A stretch of DNA of 64,000 nt from Trueperaceae bacterium. Its GTDB lineage: Bacteria; Deinococcota; Deinococci; Deinococcales; Trueperaceae. This document shows, piece after piece, positions 31,340 to 41,256 of the stretch; position 1 is the first letter of the stretch, and each line of letters opens with the position of its first letter. The notes below the pieces were generated by a model. The model made no database searches. It was given only the letters and a program-made list of their open reading frames with translations, and was not told the origin of the DNA. The stretch covers positions 14,532 to 78,531 of the forward strand of contig JBBDRK010000069.1 of NCBI GenBank assembly GCA_040905465.1, read 5' to 3'. The position numbers and the translations under genes are program-made.

Positions 31340-31867
31340 ATGGAGGTCACCGTGCCCTTGAGACTCGAAGGTACAGCGTCGATGCTGGCCGAAAATTACA
31401 GCCGTCAGGTGTCCATCCTGCTCGTTGAGGATAACGAGGACGACGTGCTGCTCACGCTGCGCGCGTTCAAGAAGAACACCGTCGAGCTCGAAGAGGTCGT
31501 GGTGGTGCGTGACGGAGCCGACGCGCTGGACTACCTGTTCACGCGTGGCCCGTACGAACAGCGCAACCAGGCGATCATGCCCAAACTCATCCTTCTCGAC
31601 ATAAAACTTCCCAAACTGAGCGGCCTGGAACTGCTCCGAGCGGTCCGCAGCGATCCGCGTACCCGCCTCATTCCGGTGGTGATGCTTACCTCGTCCGCCG
31701 CCGAGCAGGACCTGATGTCGAGCTACGGAGCAGGCGCCAACGGTTATATTCAGAAGCCGGTGAACACTCGGCAGTTCGAGGAGACCGTGCAGCAGGTAGT
31801 CAACTACTGGCTGGGGGTCAACCGGGCTCCAGGCAGTATCGGCGAAAGCCTGCACGCCGGCTGCTGA
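31340..31867 (+). CDS. Single-domain response regulator (receiver only)
   Basis: ILLVEDNEDD, LILLDIKLPKLSG, VMLTSS and YIQKP motifs. ATG 31340 is 7 nt after TAGGGT (alternative start 31382). Confidence 0.88.
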   Translation: MEVTVPLRLEGTASMLAENYSRQVSILLVEDNEDDVLLTLRAFKKNTVELEEVVVVRDGADALDYLFTRGPYEQRNQAIMPKLILLDIKLPKLSGLELLRAVRSDPRTRLIPVVMLTSSAAEQDLMSSYGAGANGYIQKPVNTRQFEETVQQVVNYWLGVNRAPGSIGESLHAGC

Positions 31868-31997
31868 CACGGGAAGCCCGGTTGGTACGACTGGCTGGTA
31901 GGTATCGGGATTATTACCTAACCGGTACTGCAAGACTCGCCCGGGGGGTACAGGGACACGGCGACCTGATTCGTCGGGCCTGCGATACTATGGGCCG

Positions 31998-34403
31998 ATG
32001 GTCCTCAAGACGCTCGGCCAGTTCTCACTGGACGGTAGCGGCTTCCGGCGCATAAAGCCCCTGTTGCTCGTCGCCTATCTGACCCTGGAGGGTGCCAAGT
32101 CGCGGCGCTATCTCGCCGAGATCTTCTGGCCCGGGGCCAGCGACGCCATGAACAGCCTGTCGGTAGCCCTTTCGCAGCTGCGGCGAGGCGCTCCCGGGAG
32201 CACCGACGCCGATGAGGCGCGCGCCTGGAGTTTGATTGGCTGCGACGCACTGGAGTTGCGTGCCGCCTTCGCCGGAGGCAAGCTCGAGGAGGTGGCGGAG
32301 CTTTACGAAGGACAGTTCCTGGAAGGCCTGGAGCTCGAACTCGGCGAGGAGTTGGAGGAGTGGGTCTACGTCACGCGCGAATCGCTGGCGGCGACCGCTC
32401 GGGAGGCGTTGCTGCGGCTGGCCGAGATCAAAGCGGGCCAGGGCCGTTTCGACGTGGCCGGCCAACTGGCCGAGCGGGCGTACTACCTGGCGGGGGCGGC
32501 GCCTCCCGAGCCCGAGGAGTTCGTCCGTTTCCAGGTGCTGTTGACTGCAGGCAAGAGTCCGGCCGCGGCCGAGTTGCGGCGCGAGGCGGAGGCCTACGAC
32601 ATCACCCTCTCGATTTCGGCGGACGAGGCGCGAGCACGCATAGGTCAGGTGCTCGTGGGCCGGGAGCGCGAACGCGAACAGCTCGCCGGACTGGCCGAGC
32701 GGGAGTGGGCGTGGCTGCGCGGCGGCAGGGGGATGGGCAAGACGGCGTTGCTGAGGCAGATCCACGGAACCTACCTGCCCGCGCGTAGCGGCCTGCCATA
32801 CGCGACTCTCGAGCCGCTCATCGGAGACAGGCTGGGCCAGAGTGAGACGGTTCTGCTCAAGCAGCTCGCGGGAATGACCGGTACCTGGCTGGTAGACGAT
32901 TGGGAGCAGACCGACCAGGAGAGCCGTCTGCTGCTGGCGCGGCTGCGCTCGCTGCGTCCGCCGGTTCGGGTCGTGATCGCCTCGACCGAGGCGCCGAGCC
33001 TGTCCGTGGACACCGAAATCGAGCTGGGACCGCTGGCGGACGGAGCGCTCGGCGCGTTTCCGGACGCGTGGGAACAGACCGGCGGCCTGCCTGAGCTCGT
33101 GGGCGCCTTTCTGCGCGAGGAGCCGCTGGACGCGGCGCTCGAGCGTCGGTTGGCAAGGCTCAACGACGCGTCGCGCGAAGTCTACCTGGCGCTGGCGCTG
33201 CTGGAAGAGCCCGACCCCGCGCTGGTACGTCGCGCTCTCGGGCTCTCCAGCGCCGCCATCGGCGGAGCGCTCGCCGAGTTGCTGCCCGCGGGATTGATAG
33301 AGCCCTCCGGAGCAGTCCGGGCGCGCCAGTCCGCGCTGACTCATCTCGAGTCGCATCCCACGCTGCTCGGACCGCTGTCGCTGGCCCTGGCGCGCCAGAA
33401 GAGCGGTATCGAGGCGTTCCCTCTGTACCGGCGGGCACGACCCTTCTGGGAGACCAGCGACCTTCCGGCAATAACCGAGTCCTACCTGGCTTGGGGCGAG
33501 GAGCTGCTGCGCCGTGGCTTCGCGAGACGCTCGCTTGACGTCATGGCCGAAGCACCGCCCTCGCAGGCGGCCAACCTGCAGTGGGCGCGGGCGCTCGAGC
33601 AGGCAGGTCAGTACAAGGAGGCGCTCGAAAAGCTCTCCTCGTTGGAGGACAGCACTTTGGTGTCGGCGCTCAAGAGCGCCCTTTACATGCGGTTGGGACA
33701 GCCCGACGAGGCTCACGCGGCCGCCCAGCAAGGACTCGAGGGCGATACCGAAGCGCGCGCCGAAGCGCTCAACACATTGGGCGTGCTGGCTCTTCATCAG
33801 CAGGACTATCCGGCGGCGGAAAGCCTCACGCGCCGGGCGGCGGCCCTGTGGAAGACGCTCGGCAACCAGATGCGGTGGGTGTCGGCGCTGAATAATCTGG
33901 GAATCGCCAGAACCCTGGCAGGTATACCGGGCGAGAACGCCTTTGACGAAGCCCTCAGCGCTGCCGGCGAGAGCGCATTGCTACAGGCCAGGACCCTGCT
34001 GAACGTGGGCTGGACTCGGGAGCGTGAAGAGCGCTTGGAACTAGCCGAAGAAGCCTACCACGAGGCGGCGCGGCTTGCGGCCGAAGCCGGCGTGATCGAG
34101 GTGGCCGCGTGGGCCTGGAACAATCTGGGCGTCCTGCACCACAAGCTGGAACAGGTCGAGCGCGCCAGGGAAGCGTACGAACAGGCGTTGGCGTTGGCCC
34201 AACGCGCCGGCGAGCAGCGGATTCTGGGCATGGTCATGGCGAATCTGGCCGAGCTGACCGAGGATCGCGAGGCCTGGGAGGAGGCGCTGCGCATCCTGGA
34301 GAAGTCCGGCCACGGGACCACGGCTGACAATTTCAGGCGATCGCTGGGTGAAGGTCATGTATTTCAGACGGACGACGAAAGCAAGGAGAACCGTATAGGC
34401 TAG
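31998..34403 (+). CDS. SARP-type wHTH/BTAD + STAND-like P-loop + TPR transcriptional regulator
   Basis: SRRYLAEIFWP...SLSVALSQLRR (wHTH), LYEGQFLEG...EEWV (BTAD), GGRGMGKT, WLVDD, TGGLP, C-terminal TPRs. Confidence 0.82.
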   Translation: MVLKTLGQFSLDGSGFRRIKPLLLVAYLTLEGAKSRRYLAEIFWPGASDAMNSLSVALSQLRRGAPGSTDADEARAWSLIGCDALELRAAFAGGKLEEVAELYEGQFLEGLELELGEELEEWVYVTRESLAATAREALLRLAEIKAGQGRFDVAGQLAERAYYLAGAAPPEPEEFVRFQVLLTAGKSPAAAELRREAEAYDITLSISADEARARIGQVLVGREREREQLAGLAEREWAWLRGGRGMGKTALLRQIHGTYLPARSGLPYATLEPLIGDRLGQSETVLLKQLAGMTGTWLVDDWEQTDQESRLLLARLRSLRPPVRVVIASTEAPSLSVDTEIELGPLADGALGAFPDAWEQTGGLPELVGAFLREEPLDAALERRLARLNDASREVYLALALLEEPDPALVRRALGLSSAAIGGALAELLPAGLIEPSGAVRARQSALTHLESHPTLLGPLSLALARQKSGIEAFPLYRRARPFWETSDLPAITESYLAWGEELLRRGFARRSLDVMAEAPPSQAANLQWARALEQAGQYKEALEKLSSLEDSTLVSALKSALYMRLGQPDEAHAAAQQGLEGDTEARAEALNTLGVLALHQQDYPAAESLTRRAAALWKTLGNQMRWVSALNNLGIARTLAGIPGENAFDEALSAAGESALLQARTLLNVGWTREREERLELAEEAYHEAARLAAEAGVIEVAAWAWNNLGVLHHKLEQVERAREAYEQALALAQRAGEQRILGMVMANLAELTEDREAWEEALRILEKSGHGTTADNFRRSLGEGHVFQTDDESKENRIG

Positions 34404-34427
34404 GCGAACGGTGGGTAGCACGGCCCC

Positions 34428-34462
34428 CGTTCAGGGCTGGTTCAGAGGGGGGAGACTAACCT
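34428..34462 (+). promoter_or_regulatory. Candidate activator-dependent promoter GTTCAG-N5-GTTCAG-N11-TAACCT
   Basis: 11-bp-periodic direct repeat with the same geometry as 31298-31332. Confidence 0.55.
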
Positions 34463-34520
34463 CGGATTGTGGCCTGGACTAATATAAAAAATACAAGTGC
34501 ACTCATAGGGGAGGTCAGCG

Positions 34521-35999
34521 ATGTCCATGCATAACGTTTTGAGAGCCCTCGCGCTGTCATCACTCGCGTTCCTGCTGGCGGCTTGCGGATCCACGACTGA
34601 GCCGTCGGAGTTCTCGGCGCTGTCGACCACCGCGAAGCTTTCGCCCGAGTGGGCCGAGCGGGGAGACATCGTCACCGTGAAGCTCTCGGGCGCCAACACC
34701 AAGAGCGTCGAAGTGACGGTGGCTGCGATAACTGCGAAGGTTTCGATCATCAACGGAAGCGAATTCTCATTCGTCGTGCCGGAGGAGGCACCCGCGGGCA
34801 ATCAGCCCGTGACGATCACCCTTTCGGCACAGACCCTTCTTACCGATATCGATGTCCTCGGTGACGACGTAGTGGCCGGTGAATTCACGCTGGTGGTGGC
34901 TCCCGGGACCACGGTCCCGGATCTCACGAACGTTCTCGACGGGCTCGACTTCCTCGTGCTGGAAGGTCCGCGGCCACTGGGTGCCCAGTCGGGCACCTGC
35001 AGCGGTGAGTTGGTCCGCATCCAGGTTCTCGGTCTGGACACGGGCGAGGCTCTCGATGACCTCAAGAGCCGCGTCGACGGGGAAACCGTCTGGCACAGCG
35101 ACCCGCAGAGCGGGTACTCGACGGGCGCGATCAATCATCTCGGGGCAATCGGTGCGGACGACTCGCGCCTTCGCGGCCTCACTGGCGCCGGAACTCTGAT
35201 CGCCGTTATCGACACCGGCGTGTCCGATCACGACGAGCTGGGCAGCCGCCGGCAACTCGCCGACGGGTACGACTTCATCGACGAGGGGACGCCGGCCGAC
35301 GACTCGTTCGGCGGTAACGGCCACGGCACACCGATAGCCGTACTGGCCGCGGGCACCAGCTCCGGCGTAGCACCGCAGGCGCAGGTCCTGCCGGTCCGGG
35401 TCTGCGGCTCCGACGGTACGTGCTATACCAGCGACGTGTTACTCGGTGTCTGCCATGCGCTGGCGACCTCGGAGGGCCGTAGCGAGGGGATGGACGACCT
35501 GATCATCAACTTGAGCCTGGGTGGCGAGACCCCGGTAGAGTCGATCCGGTCGGCCCTGGAGTTCGCCCTGCAGAACGGCACGCTGATAGCCGCCGCCGGC
35601 GGCAACGAGCGCGAGCAGGGCTCGCCCCGGCACTACCCGGCAGCCTACGACTTGAAGGGCCTGCTGGCGGTTGCGGCCTTGCAGGCATCGTCACTCGGTG
35701 AGCTCGCAGGTGACTGGAAACCCGCCTCGTTCGGCACTCGCGGGGACTACCTCGACATAGCCGCCCCGGGCGTGGATCTCACCAGCGGCAACTCCGCGGG
35801 AGGCTACAGCTCCGGCTACAGCGGGACCTCCTTCGCCACCGGCTTGGCGTCGGGCGCCCTGGCCGTCTGGCGTGAAGCGAACGACAGCATGAGCGCAGCT
35901 GACGTAGAGGCCGGCGTCAAGGCCGCCGCACGCCCGCTCGACTATTCCGAGAACGAAGTCGGCGCGGGAATGCTCGATCTCTCGGACGAGCCGAATTAG
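34521..35999 (+). CDS. Lipoprotein subtilisin-like (S8) serine peptidase with N-terminal Ig-like domain
   Basis: Lipobox LLAAC; triad VIDTG / GHGT / GTSFA; oxyanion AAGGN; SD GGGGAGG. Confidence 0.9.
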   Translation: MSMHNVLRALALSSLAFLLAACGSTTEPSEFSALSTTAKLSPEWAERGDIVTVKLSGANTKSVEVTVAAITAKVSIINGSEFSFVVPEEAPAGNQPVTITLSAQTLLTDIDVLGDDVVAGEFTLVVAPGTTVPDLTNVLDGLDFLVLEGPRPLGAQSGTCSGELVRIQVLGLDTGEALDDLKSRVDGETVWHSDPQSGYSTGAINHLGAIGADDSRLRGLTGAGTLIAVIDTGVSDHDELGSRRQLADGYDFIDEGTPADDSFGGNGHGTPIAVLAAGTSSGVAPQAQVLPVRVCGSDGTCYTSDVLLGVCHALATSEGRSEGMDDLIINLSLGGETPVESIRSALEFALQNGTLIAAAGGNEREQGSPRHYPAAYDLKGLLAVAALQASSLGELAGDWKPASFGTRGDYLDIAAPGVDLTSGNSAGGYSSGYSGTSFATGLASGALAVWREANDSMSAADVEAGVKAAARPLDYSENEVGAGMLDLSDEPN

Positions 36000-36020
36000 G
36001 TCGAGAACCACGATTGGAAA

Positions 36021-36054
36021 AGCGGGCAGGAGGCGCCAGAGCCTCCTGCCCGCT
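36021..36054. terminator. Bidirectional intrinsic terminator between the peptidase and fba
   Basis: 14-bp perfect stem AGCGGGCAGGAGGC / GCCTCCTGCCCGCT, flanked by GAAA and CCTTTC. Confidence 0.8.
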
Positions 36055-36082
36055 CCTTTCTCATCGCAGTCGCTCGGCAACC

Positions 36083-37003
36083 TCAGCCCTTGCCCGCGGA
36101 ACCGAACAGCGCGATCCGGTCGCTGACCAGCTCCTTCATCTGATCGCGAGCCGGGCCAAGGATCTTGCGCGGGTCGAACTCGGCCGGCTTGTCGCGCAGT
36201 ATCTCGCGGATGGCGGCGGTGAACCCCAACCGCAGGTCGGTATCGGTGTTGATCTTGGCTATGCCGTGCGAGACAGCCTTGCGCACGTCCTCCTCGTGGA
36301 TGCCCACAGCGCCCGCGAGCACTCCGCCGGCGGCGTTAAGCCGCTCGACCACCAGTGCGGGAACTCCGCTGGCGCCGTGCATCACCAGAGGATGGGGGAG
36401 ACGACGTGCTATCTCGGCGATCCTCTCGAGATCTACGAACGGCCGGGTCTTGCCCTTGTTCGGCCCGTGTGAGGTGCCTATCGCCACCGCCAGGTAGTCG
36501 GCACCGCTCTCAGCCATGAACCGCTCTGCCTCCTCGGGCTTGGTGAGGATGGCGTCCTCCTCGGCCACCACCACATGTTCCTCGACGCCGCCCAAGCGCC
36601 CGATCTCCGCTTCTACCGTGACCCCCACGGCGTGCGCGGCTTCCACCACCTTGCGAGTTTCAGCCACGTTCACCGCTTCGTCCTCATGCGACTTGTCGAT
36701 CATCACCGAGGTGAATCCCGATCGGATAGCGCGCATGCAGGATTCGAACGACGATCCGTGATCGAGGTGAATGGCCACCGGCACGCCGACCTCGCTGCCC
36801 ATGGTGCGCACGATGTCGACCAGTTGCTTGCCGCCGTACTTCAGGGCGCCCTCGGAGAGTGCCACGATGACGGGAGACCGAGAGTCCTCCGCCGCCTCCA
36901 GGATCGCCTGAGTGATCTCCATGTTGTTGGTGTTGAAGGCGCCCACGCCGTATCCGCCGTCGCGCGCCGCCGCGAGTATGTCGAGTCCGCTCACTAGTGC
37001 CAT
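36083..37003 (-). CDS. fba: Class II fructose-bisphosphate aldolase
   Basis: GAFN, HLDHG, GTSHG, LVMHGAS and KINTDTD motifs; ATG 6 nt after TATACT. Confidence 0.96.
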   Translation of the reverse strand: MALVSGLDILAAARDGGYGVGAFNTNNMEITQAILEAAEDSRSPVIVALSEGALKYGGKQLVDIVRTMGSEVGVPVAIHLDHGSSFESCMRAIRSGFTSVMIDKSHEDEAVNVAETRKVVEAAHAVGVTVEAEIGRLGGVEEHVVVAEEDAILTKPEEAERFMAESGADYLAVAIGTSHGPNKGKTRPFVDLERIAEIARRLPHPLVMHGASGVPALVVERLNAAGGVLAGAVGIHEEDVRKAVSHGIAKINTDTDLRLGFTAAIREILRDKPAEFDPRKILGPARDQMKELVSDRIALFGSAGKG

Positions 37004-37044
37004 TCAACGAGTATAACGCGGGTTTCAGGTGTTTCCGGCGGCCT

Positions 37045-37800
37045 TTATCGAGCCGGAGTCGACGAGCGCGAGTTTGCGGCCTTCACAGGTGCGCCGAGCT
37101 CGAACCAGCTACCGAGCACTTCGGTGGCTGCTTCGAGGGCGCCGCCGATGCGCCACCGGCGAAGGTCGCGCTCGCCCACCCGGTTGCTCACGCCTCTGAC
37201 CTCGCCGAACGGGACACCGAGGGCGAGGCACACCTGGGCGGCCGCGGCGCCCTCCATCGATTCTACGGCCACTCGGAATCGACCGGTAGCCGGAACCGTC
37301 TCCTGTGCAATACCCGTAACCGTCTCCGCCGTGCCGAACGGCAGCGCCGGCCAGCGACCGCCGCCGAGGACGGCGGCGAACTCCGAGTCGACCGGCACCC
37401 GGTTGAAGATCCGTTGCGGCGTAGTAAGGAGCGGGAAGCCCAGGCTTTCCAGGTCCTCGAATCCGTTGGCTGTGTCGGCGCCCAAGTCGAGGTGCACCTC
37501 CTCGGCGGCCACGGCGGCCGAGCCGGGGTCGAGGCCCCAACCGTCGAAGGCGCCGCCGACTCCAAGTTGCACTACCGCTCCTGGCCGCAGCAGGTCGATG
37601 GCCAGAGCAAGGCCGGCGGCAGTGTTGGCTTTGCCCACACCTAGCCAGGCGACCACCGCCGGGACGCCGCAGACGTGACCGGCATGTGCCTCGCCGTAAG
37701 GCAGTGGTTTCAGGGACGGACCGTCGAGCCGCTCGAGGAGAGGTTCGACCTCCCTCCGAGTCGCGCCGACGACCAGGCGGAGCGGCCGAGCGTCATCCAC
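37045..37800 (-). CDS. mqnB: Futalosine hydrolase
   Basis: PNP/MTAN fold: GVGKAN, GVGGAF, DLGA, ESMEGAAAA, RGVSNRVGERD..W. Confidence 0.85.
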   Translation of the reverse strand: MDDARPLRLVVGATRREVEPLLERLDGPSLKPLPYGEAHAGHVCGVPAVVAWLGVGKANTAAGLALAIDLLRPGAVVQLGVGGAFDGWGLDPGSAAVAAEEVHLDLGADTANGFEDLESLGFPLLTTPQRIFNRVPVDSEFAAVLGGGRWPALPFGTAETVTGIAQETVPATGRFRVAVESMEGAAAAQVCLALGVPFGEVRGVSNRVGERDLRRWRIGGALEAATEVLGSWFELGAPVKAANSRSSTPAR

Positions 37801-37811
37801 CCCGACTCCGC

Positions 37812-38744
37812 TCAGGCGACCCGTGCCGGAATGTCGAGGAGCGCCTGCACGAAGGCAGCCGCATCGTAAGGCTGCAGGTCCTCGGCCTGCTCGCCCACAC
37901 CGATGAACCTGATCGGCAGTTCCACTTCACGCGTGATCGGCAGGAGGATCCCGCCCTTGGCGCTGCCGTCGAGCTTGGTAACAATCACGCCGGTCACGCC
38001 TACCGCCTCGTGGAACTTCCGCGCCTGCTCGAGGCCGTTCTGGCCGGTTACCGCATCGAGTACCAGCCACACGTCGCGCGGTTCTCCCGGGTCGGCCTTG
38101 GCGATCACACGCTTGACCTTCTTGAGCTCCTCCATGAGGTTGTGCTTGGTATGCAGCCGGCCGGCGGTGTCGACGAACAGCAGATCGTATCCGCGCGCCT
38201 TGCGAGACTGCGCCGCGTCGAACGCTACCGCGCCCGGGTCGCTGCCGTCGGGGCCGCTGACCGTCGGGATCTCCAGCCGCTCGCCCCACAGCTCCAGTTG
38301 AGCGGTCGCGGCAGCCCGGAAAGTGTCGCCGGCCGCGAACATGACCCGTTTGCCGTGGCTTCGGTAGTAGCGGCCGAGCTTGGCGATGGTCGTGGTCTTG
38401 CCTACTCCGTTCACTCCCACGACCATCACCACCTTGCCCAACGGCTCTACCTGGTGACGGGTGACGTCCAGTTCGAAGCCGACCCGGCGCAGCTTCTGGC
38501 GCATCCGATTGGGCTCGAGCTGGTCGAGCAGTGCCTGCTCGAGAGCATCCCGGAACGAGGTGCCTCGCTCGCGCTCTCGCTTTGCTCCGGCCACCACGTC
38601 CTCGGCGATGCGAGCCCCGACGTCGGCTCCGATCAGGGCGAACTCCAGATCCTCCCAGTCCATCTCCCAGCCGTGACCGGTGTCCTGAGCCAGGACGTCG
38701 CGCGTGCGCCCCAAGCCCTGACGCAGCCTGTCGAACCACGCCAT
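37812..38744 (-). CDS. ftsY: SRP receptor FtsY
   Basis: GVNGVGKTTT, DTFRAAA, DTAGR and TKLDGSAKGG motifs. Confidence 0.96.
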   Translation of the reverse strand: MAWFDRLRQGLGRTRDVLAQDTGHGWEMDWEDLEFALIGADVGARIAEDVVAGAKRERERGTSFRDALEQALLDQLEPNRMRQKLRRVGFELDVTRHQVEPLGKVVMVVGVNGVGKTTTIAKLGRYYRSHGKRVMFAAGDTFRAAATAQLELWGERLEIPTVSGPDGSDPGAVAFDAAQSRKARGYDLLFVDTAGRLHTKHNLMEELKKVKRVIAKADPGEPRDVWLVLDAVTGQNGLEQARKFHEAVGVTGVIVTKLDGSAKGGILLPITREVELPIRFIGVGEQAEDLQPYDAAAFVQALLDIPARVA

Positions 38745-40324
38745 CAGCTGCTGGCGCCCGTCTTCTGCGAATCGCCCTGCGCATGCTTCTGTCGCGATCG
38801 GGCTTCGTTCTCCGCCTTCACCCGGGCCTTTTCCTGCGCCTCCTGCTGGGCTTTTTTCTGGGGGTTGTCGTCGGGCAGCCCGGAGTTGATGACCTGAATG
38901 GCACGACCGATCCGCGCAAGCACCGTCTGCTTTCCGAGAATGGTTATCAGGTCGATGACCGACGGGGTATTGCTGCGCCCACTGAGGGCCACACGAAGCG
39001 GCATCATCACCTTGCCCAGGCCGACGCTCTGCTCCTGCACGTAGTCGTGGACCAGTTCATCGATGCTGTCGTAATCGAAGAACTCGAGCATCGAGAGCTC
39101 CCGCTCCAGGTCCTCCAGGTAGGACTGGCCGGCCGCCAGGCGCTTGCGGGCATCCTCGTCGTAGAAGATGCTGTCGTCGAAAAAGTAGCCGCTCTGCTCG
39201 ACGAAGTCGGTGAGCGTCTCCACGCGCGGCTGCAACACGTCGATCACGTCCAGGAGGTAATCCTCCTCGGTCCAGTCGTAACCGCCGGCGCGCAGCAGCG
39301 GGGCGGCGCGCCGGGCAACCTCGTCGAGCGGCAGCAGCTCGCGCAGGTACTTGGCATTGAAGTGTCGCAGCTTCTTCAGGTCGAAAACCGGGCCGCCCAG
39401 GGAGATCCGCTCCAGCGAGAACATGGCGACCATGTCGTCGACCGAGAAGAACTCGCGCCCATCCGGCATGCTCCAGCCCATGTTGCCCAGGAAGTTCAGG
39501 AGCGCCTCGGGCACGATCCCCTGATTCCGGTAGGAGTCCACGCTGGTGTCGAGCTTGCGCTTGCTGATCTTGGTCTTGTTCTTATCGGGGTTCCGGAGCA
39601 ACGGCATGTGAGCGAATACCGGCAACGGCCAGTCGAACGCCCGGTAAAGCAGCACGTGGATCGGTGTGGACGTGATCCACTCCTCGGCGCGAACGACGTG
39701 GGTTACCTCCATGAGCCTGTCATCGACGACGTTGGCGAGGTGGTAGGTCGGAAATCCGTCGCTCTTGAGGATCACCGGATCGCGGATCTCCTTGTTGGCG
39801 ATCGAAATCGGGCCCCGCAACTGGTCCGCGAAGTCGGTCGAGCCGCGCTCAGGCGTGACCAGGCGGACCACATGCGGTTCCCAAGCGGCCGCCCGGCGCT
39901 GCTGCTCGTCGACCGGTACGGCACGGCCGCGGGCGTCGTAACCAGGATCCTGTCCACGGCGCTTCTGTTCGCGGCGCATCTCGTCGAGCTCGGCCGCCGT
40001 CTCGAAGGCACGGTACGCCTTGCCCTGGTCCAGCAGGCGATCGACGTGCTCACGGTAGATGGCGAGCCGCTCGCTCTGACGGTACGGACCATTCGAGCCG
40101 CCCCGGCGCGGGCTCTCGTCGGGCTCGAGGCCGAGCCAGGTCATCGTGTCGAGGATGCTCTCTTCCGAGGCGGGATCGTAGCGTTCCCGGTCGGTGTCTT
40201 CGACGCGGAGGATGAACCGCCCACCGTGACTCTTGGCGAGCGCGTAGTTGAACAGTCCGATGTAGGCCGTTCCGACGTGGGGGTCACCCGTCGGCGAGGG
40301 CGCTATTCGGGTCACGACAGTCAT
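38744..40324 (-). CDS. gltX: Glutamate--tRNA ligase (charged C-terminal extension)
   Basis: RIAPSPTGDPHVG, RVEDTD and KISKR motifs. Confidence 0.96.
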   Translation of the reverse strand: MTVVTRIAPSPTGDPHVGTAYIGLFNYALAKSHGGRFILRVEDTDRERYDPASEESILDTMTWLGLEPDESPRRGGSNGPYRQSERLAIYREHVDRLLDQGKAYRAFETAAELDEMRREQKRRGQDPGYDARGRAVPVDEQQRRAAAWEPHVVRLVTPERGSTDFADQLRGPISIANKEIRDPVILKSDGFPTYHLANVVDDRLMEVTHVVRAEEWITSTPIHVLLYRAFDWPLPVFAHMPLLRNPDKNKTKISKRKLDTSVDSYRNQGIVPEALLNFLGNMGWSMPDGREFFSVDDMVAMFSLERISLGGPVFDLKKLRHFNAKYLRELLPLDEVARRAAPLLRAGGYDWTEEDYLLDVIDVLQPRVETLTDFVEQSGYFFDDSIFYDEDARKRLAAGQSYLEDLERELSMLEFFDYDSIDELVHDYVQEQSVGLGKVMMPLRVALSGRSNTPSVIDLITILGKQTVLARIGRAIQVINSGLPDDNPQKKAQQEAQEKARVKAENEARSRQKHAQGDSQKTGASS

Positions 40325-40410
40325 GGTGAACCCTCCCTATGCGGGCATTCTAGCTCAGGCGCGTGCGGCCGAGTGTCGTCTCTGGGCCGCTGACAACGGA
40401 CTTTTCGGCT

Positions 40411-41220
40411 CTACCTGAACGCCAGCGAGACCAGCGTGAGCGCCGATACGGTCCAGAGGTAGGGAGCGAAGATCCTGAAGCGCCCGCGGCGCAGCAGCCG
40501 GAACAGCCACACCAGTGCCAGGTAACCGGTAACGAACGATGCGACAGTCATCGCGGCCACTGCCGCAAGCGGAATCTCGGCGGCCCGCACCTCGGTCATG
40601 CCCAGTAGCGCGACGCCGAACGAGGCCACCAGGTAGAGCAGGAAAGAGAAACGCGCGGCCAAGGCGCCGTCGCAACCGCGACCGAGCAGGGTAGCTATGG
40701 TGGCGCCGGAGCGCGATATGCCGGGCACGACCGCCAGCCCTTGCGCCACGCCGGCGATAAGCGCGTCCTTGAAAGTCAGCGTGGCCGGGGTGGACTTGGC
40801 TCCGGTCTTCGGGGCTACCCAGAGTATCAGCCCGGTCACCGCCAGCGCGATCGCCACCGGGAACGGTGCGTTGAGCGTGTGGAAAACGCCGCGCAGGGCA
40901 AGGCCCAGGAGCGCGGTGGGAATCGATCCCGCCAGCACCAGCAGCGCCAGCCGCCAGCCTTCGCCCAGCCGCGCCTCGGCGCTGACCAATCCCCTGAAGA
41001 ACCCGCTCAACGCCTGCCAGACGTCCTGCCTGAGCACGATCAATACCGCCAGCAGAGTGCCGGTATTGGTGGCTATGTCCACGGCCAACTCCAGCGAGCC
41101 GTCGCCTTCGTCGAAACCGAAGAACCAGTTGGCCAGCACCAGGTGCCCGGACGACGAGACCGGCAGGAACTCGGTAAGCCCCTGGACAATGCCCAACACG
41201 ACGGCTTCGAATACGGTCAC
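40411..41220 (-). CDS. uppP: Undecaprenyl-diphosphatase
   Basis: QGLTEFLPVSSSGH and PGISRSG motifs. Confidence 0.94.
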   Translation of the reverse strand: MTVFEAVVLGIVQGLTEFLPVSSSGHLVLANWFFGFDEGDGSLELAVDIATNTGTLLAVLIVLRQDVWQALSGFFRGLVSAEARLGEGWRLALLVLAGSIPTALLGLALRGVFHTLNAPFPVAIALAVTGLILWVAPKTGAKSTPATLTFKDALIAGVAQGLAVVPGISRSGATIATLLGRGCDGALAARFSFLLYLVASFGVALLGMTEVRAAEIPLAAVAAMTVASFVTGYLALVWLFRLLRRGRFRIFAPYLWTVSALTLVSLAFR

Positions 41221-41256
41221 GGCTTACCTATCTGATCTGAACCTGACTACCGAGAA

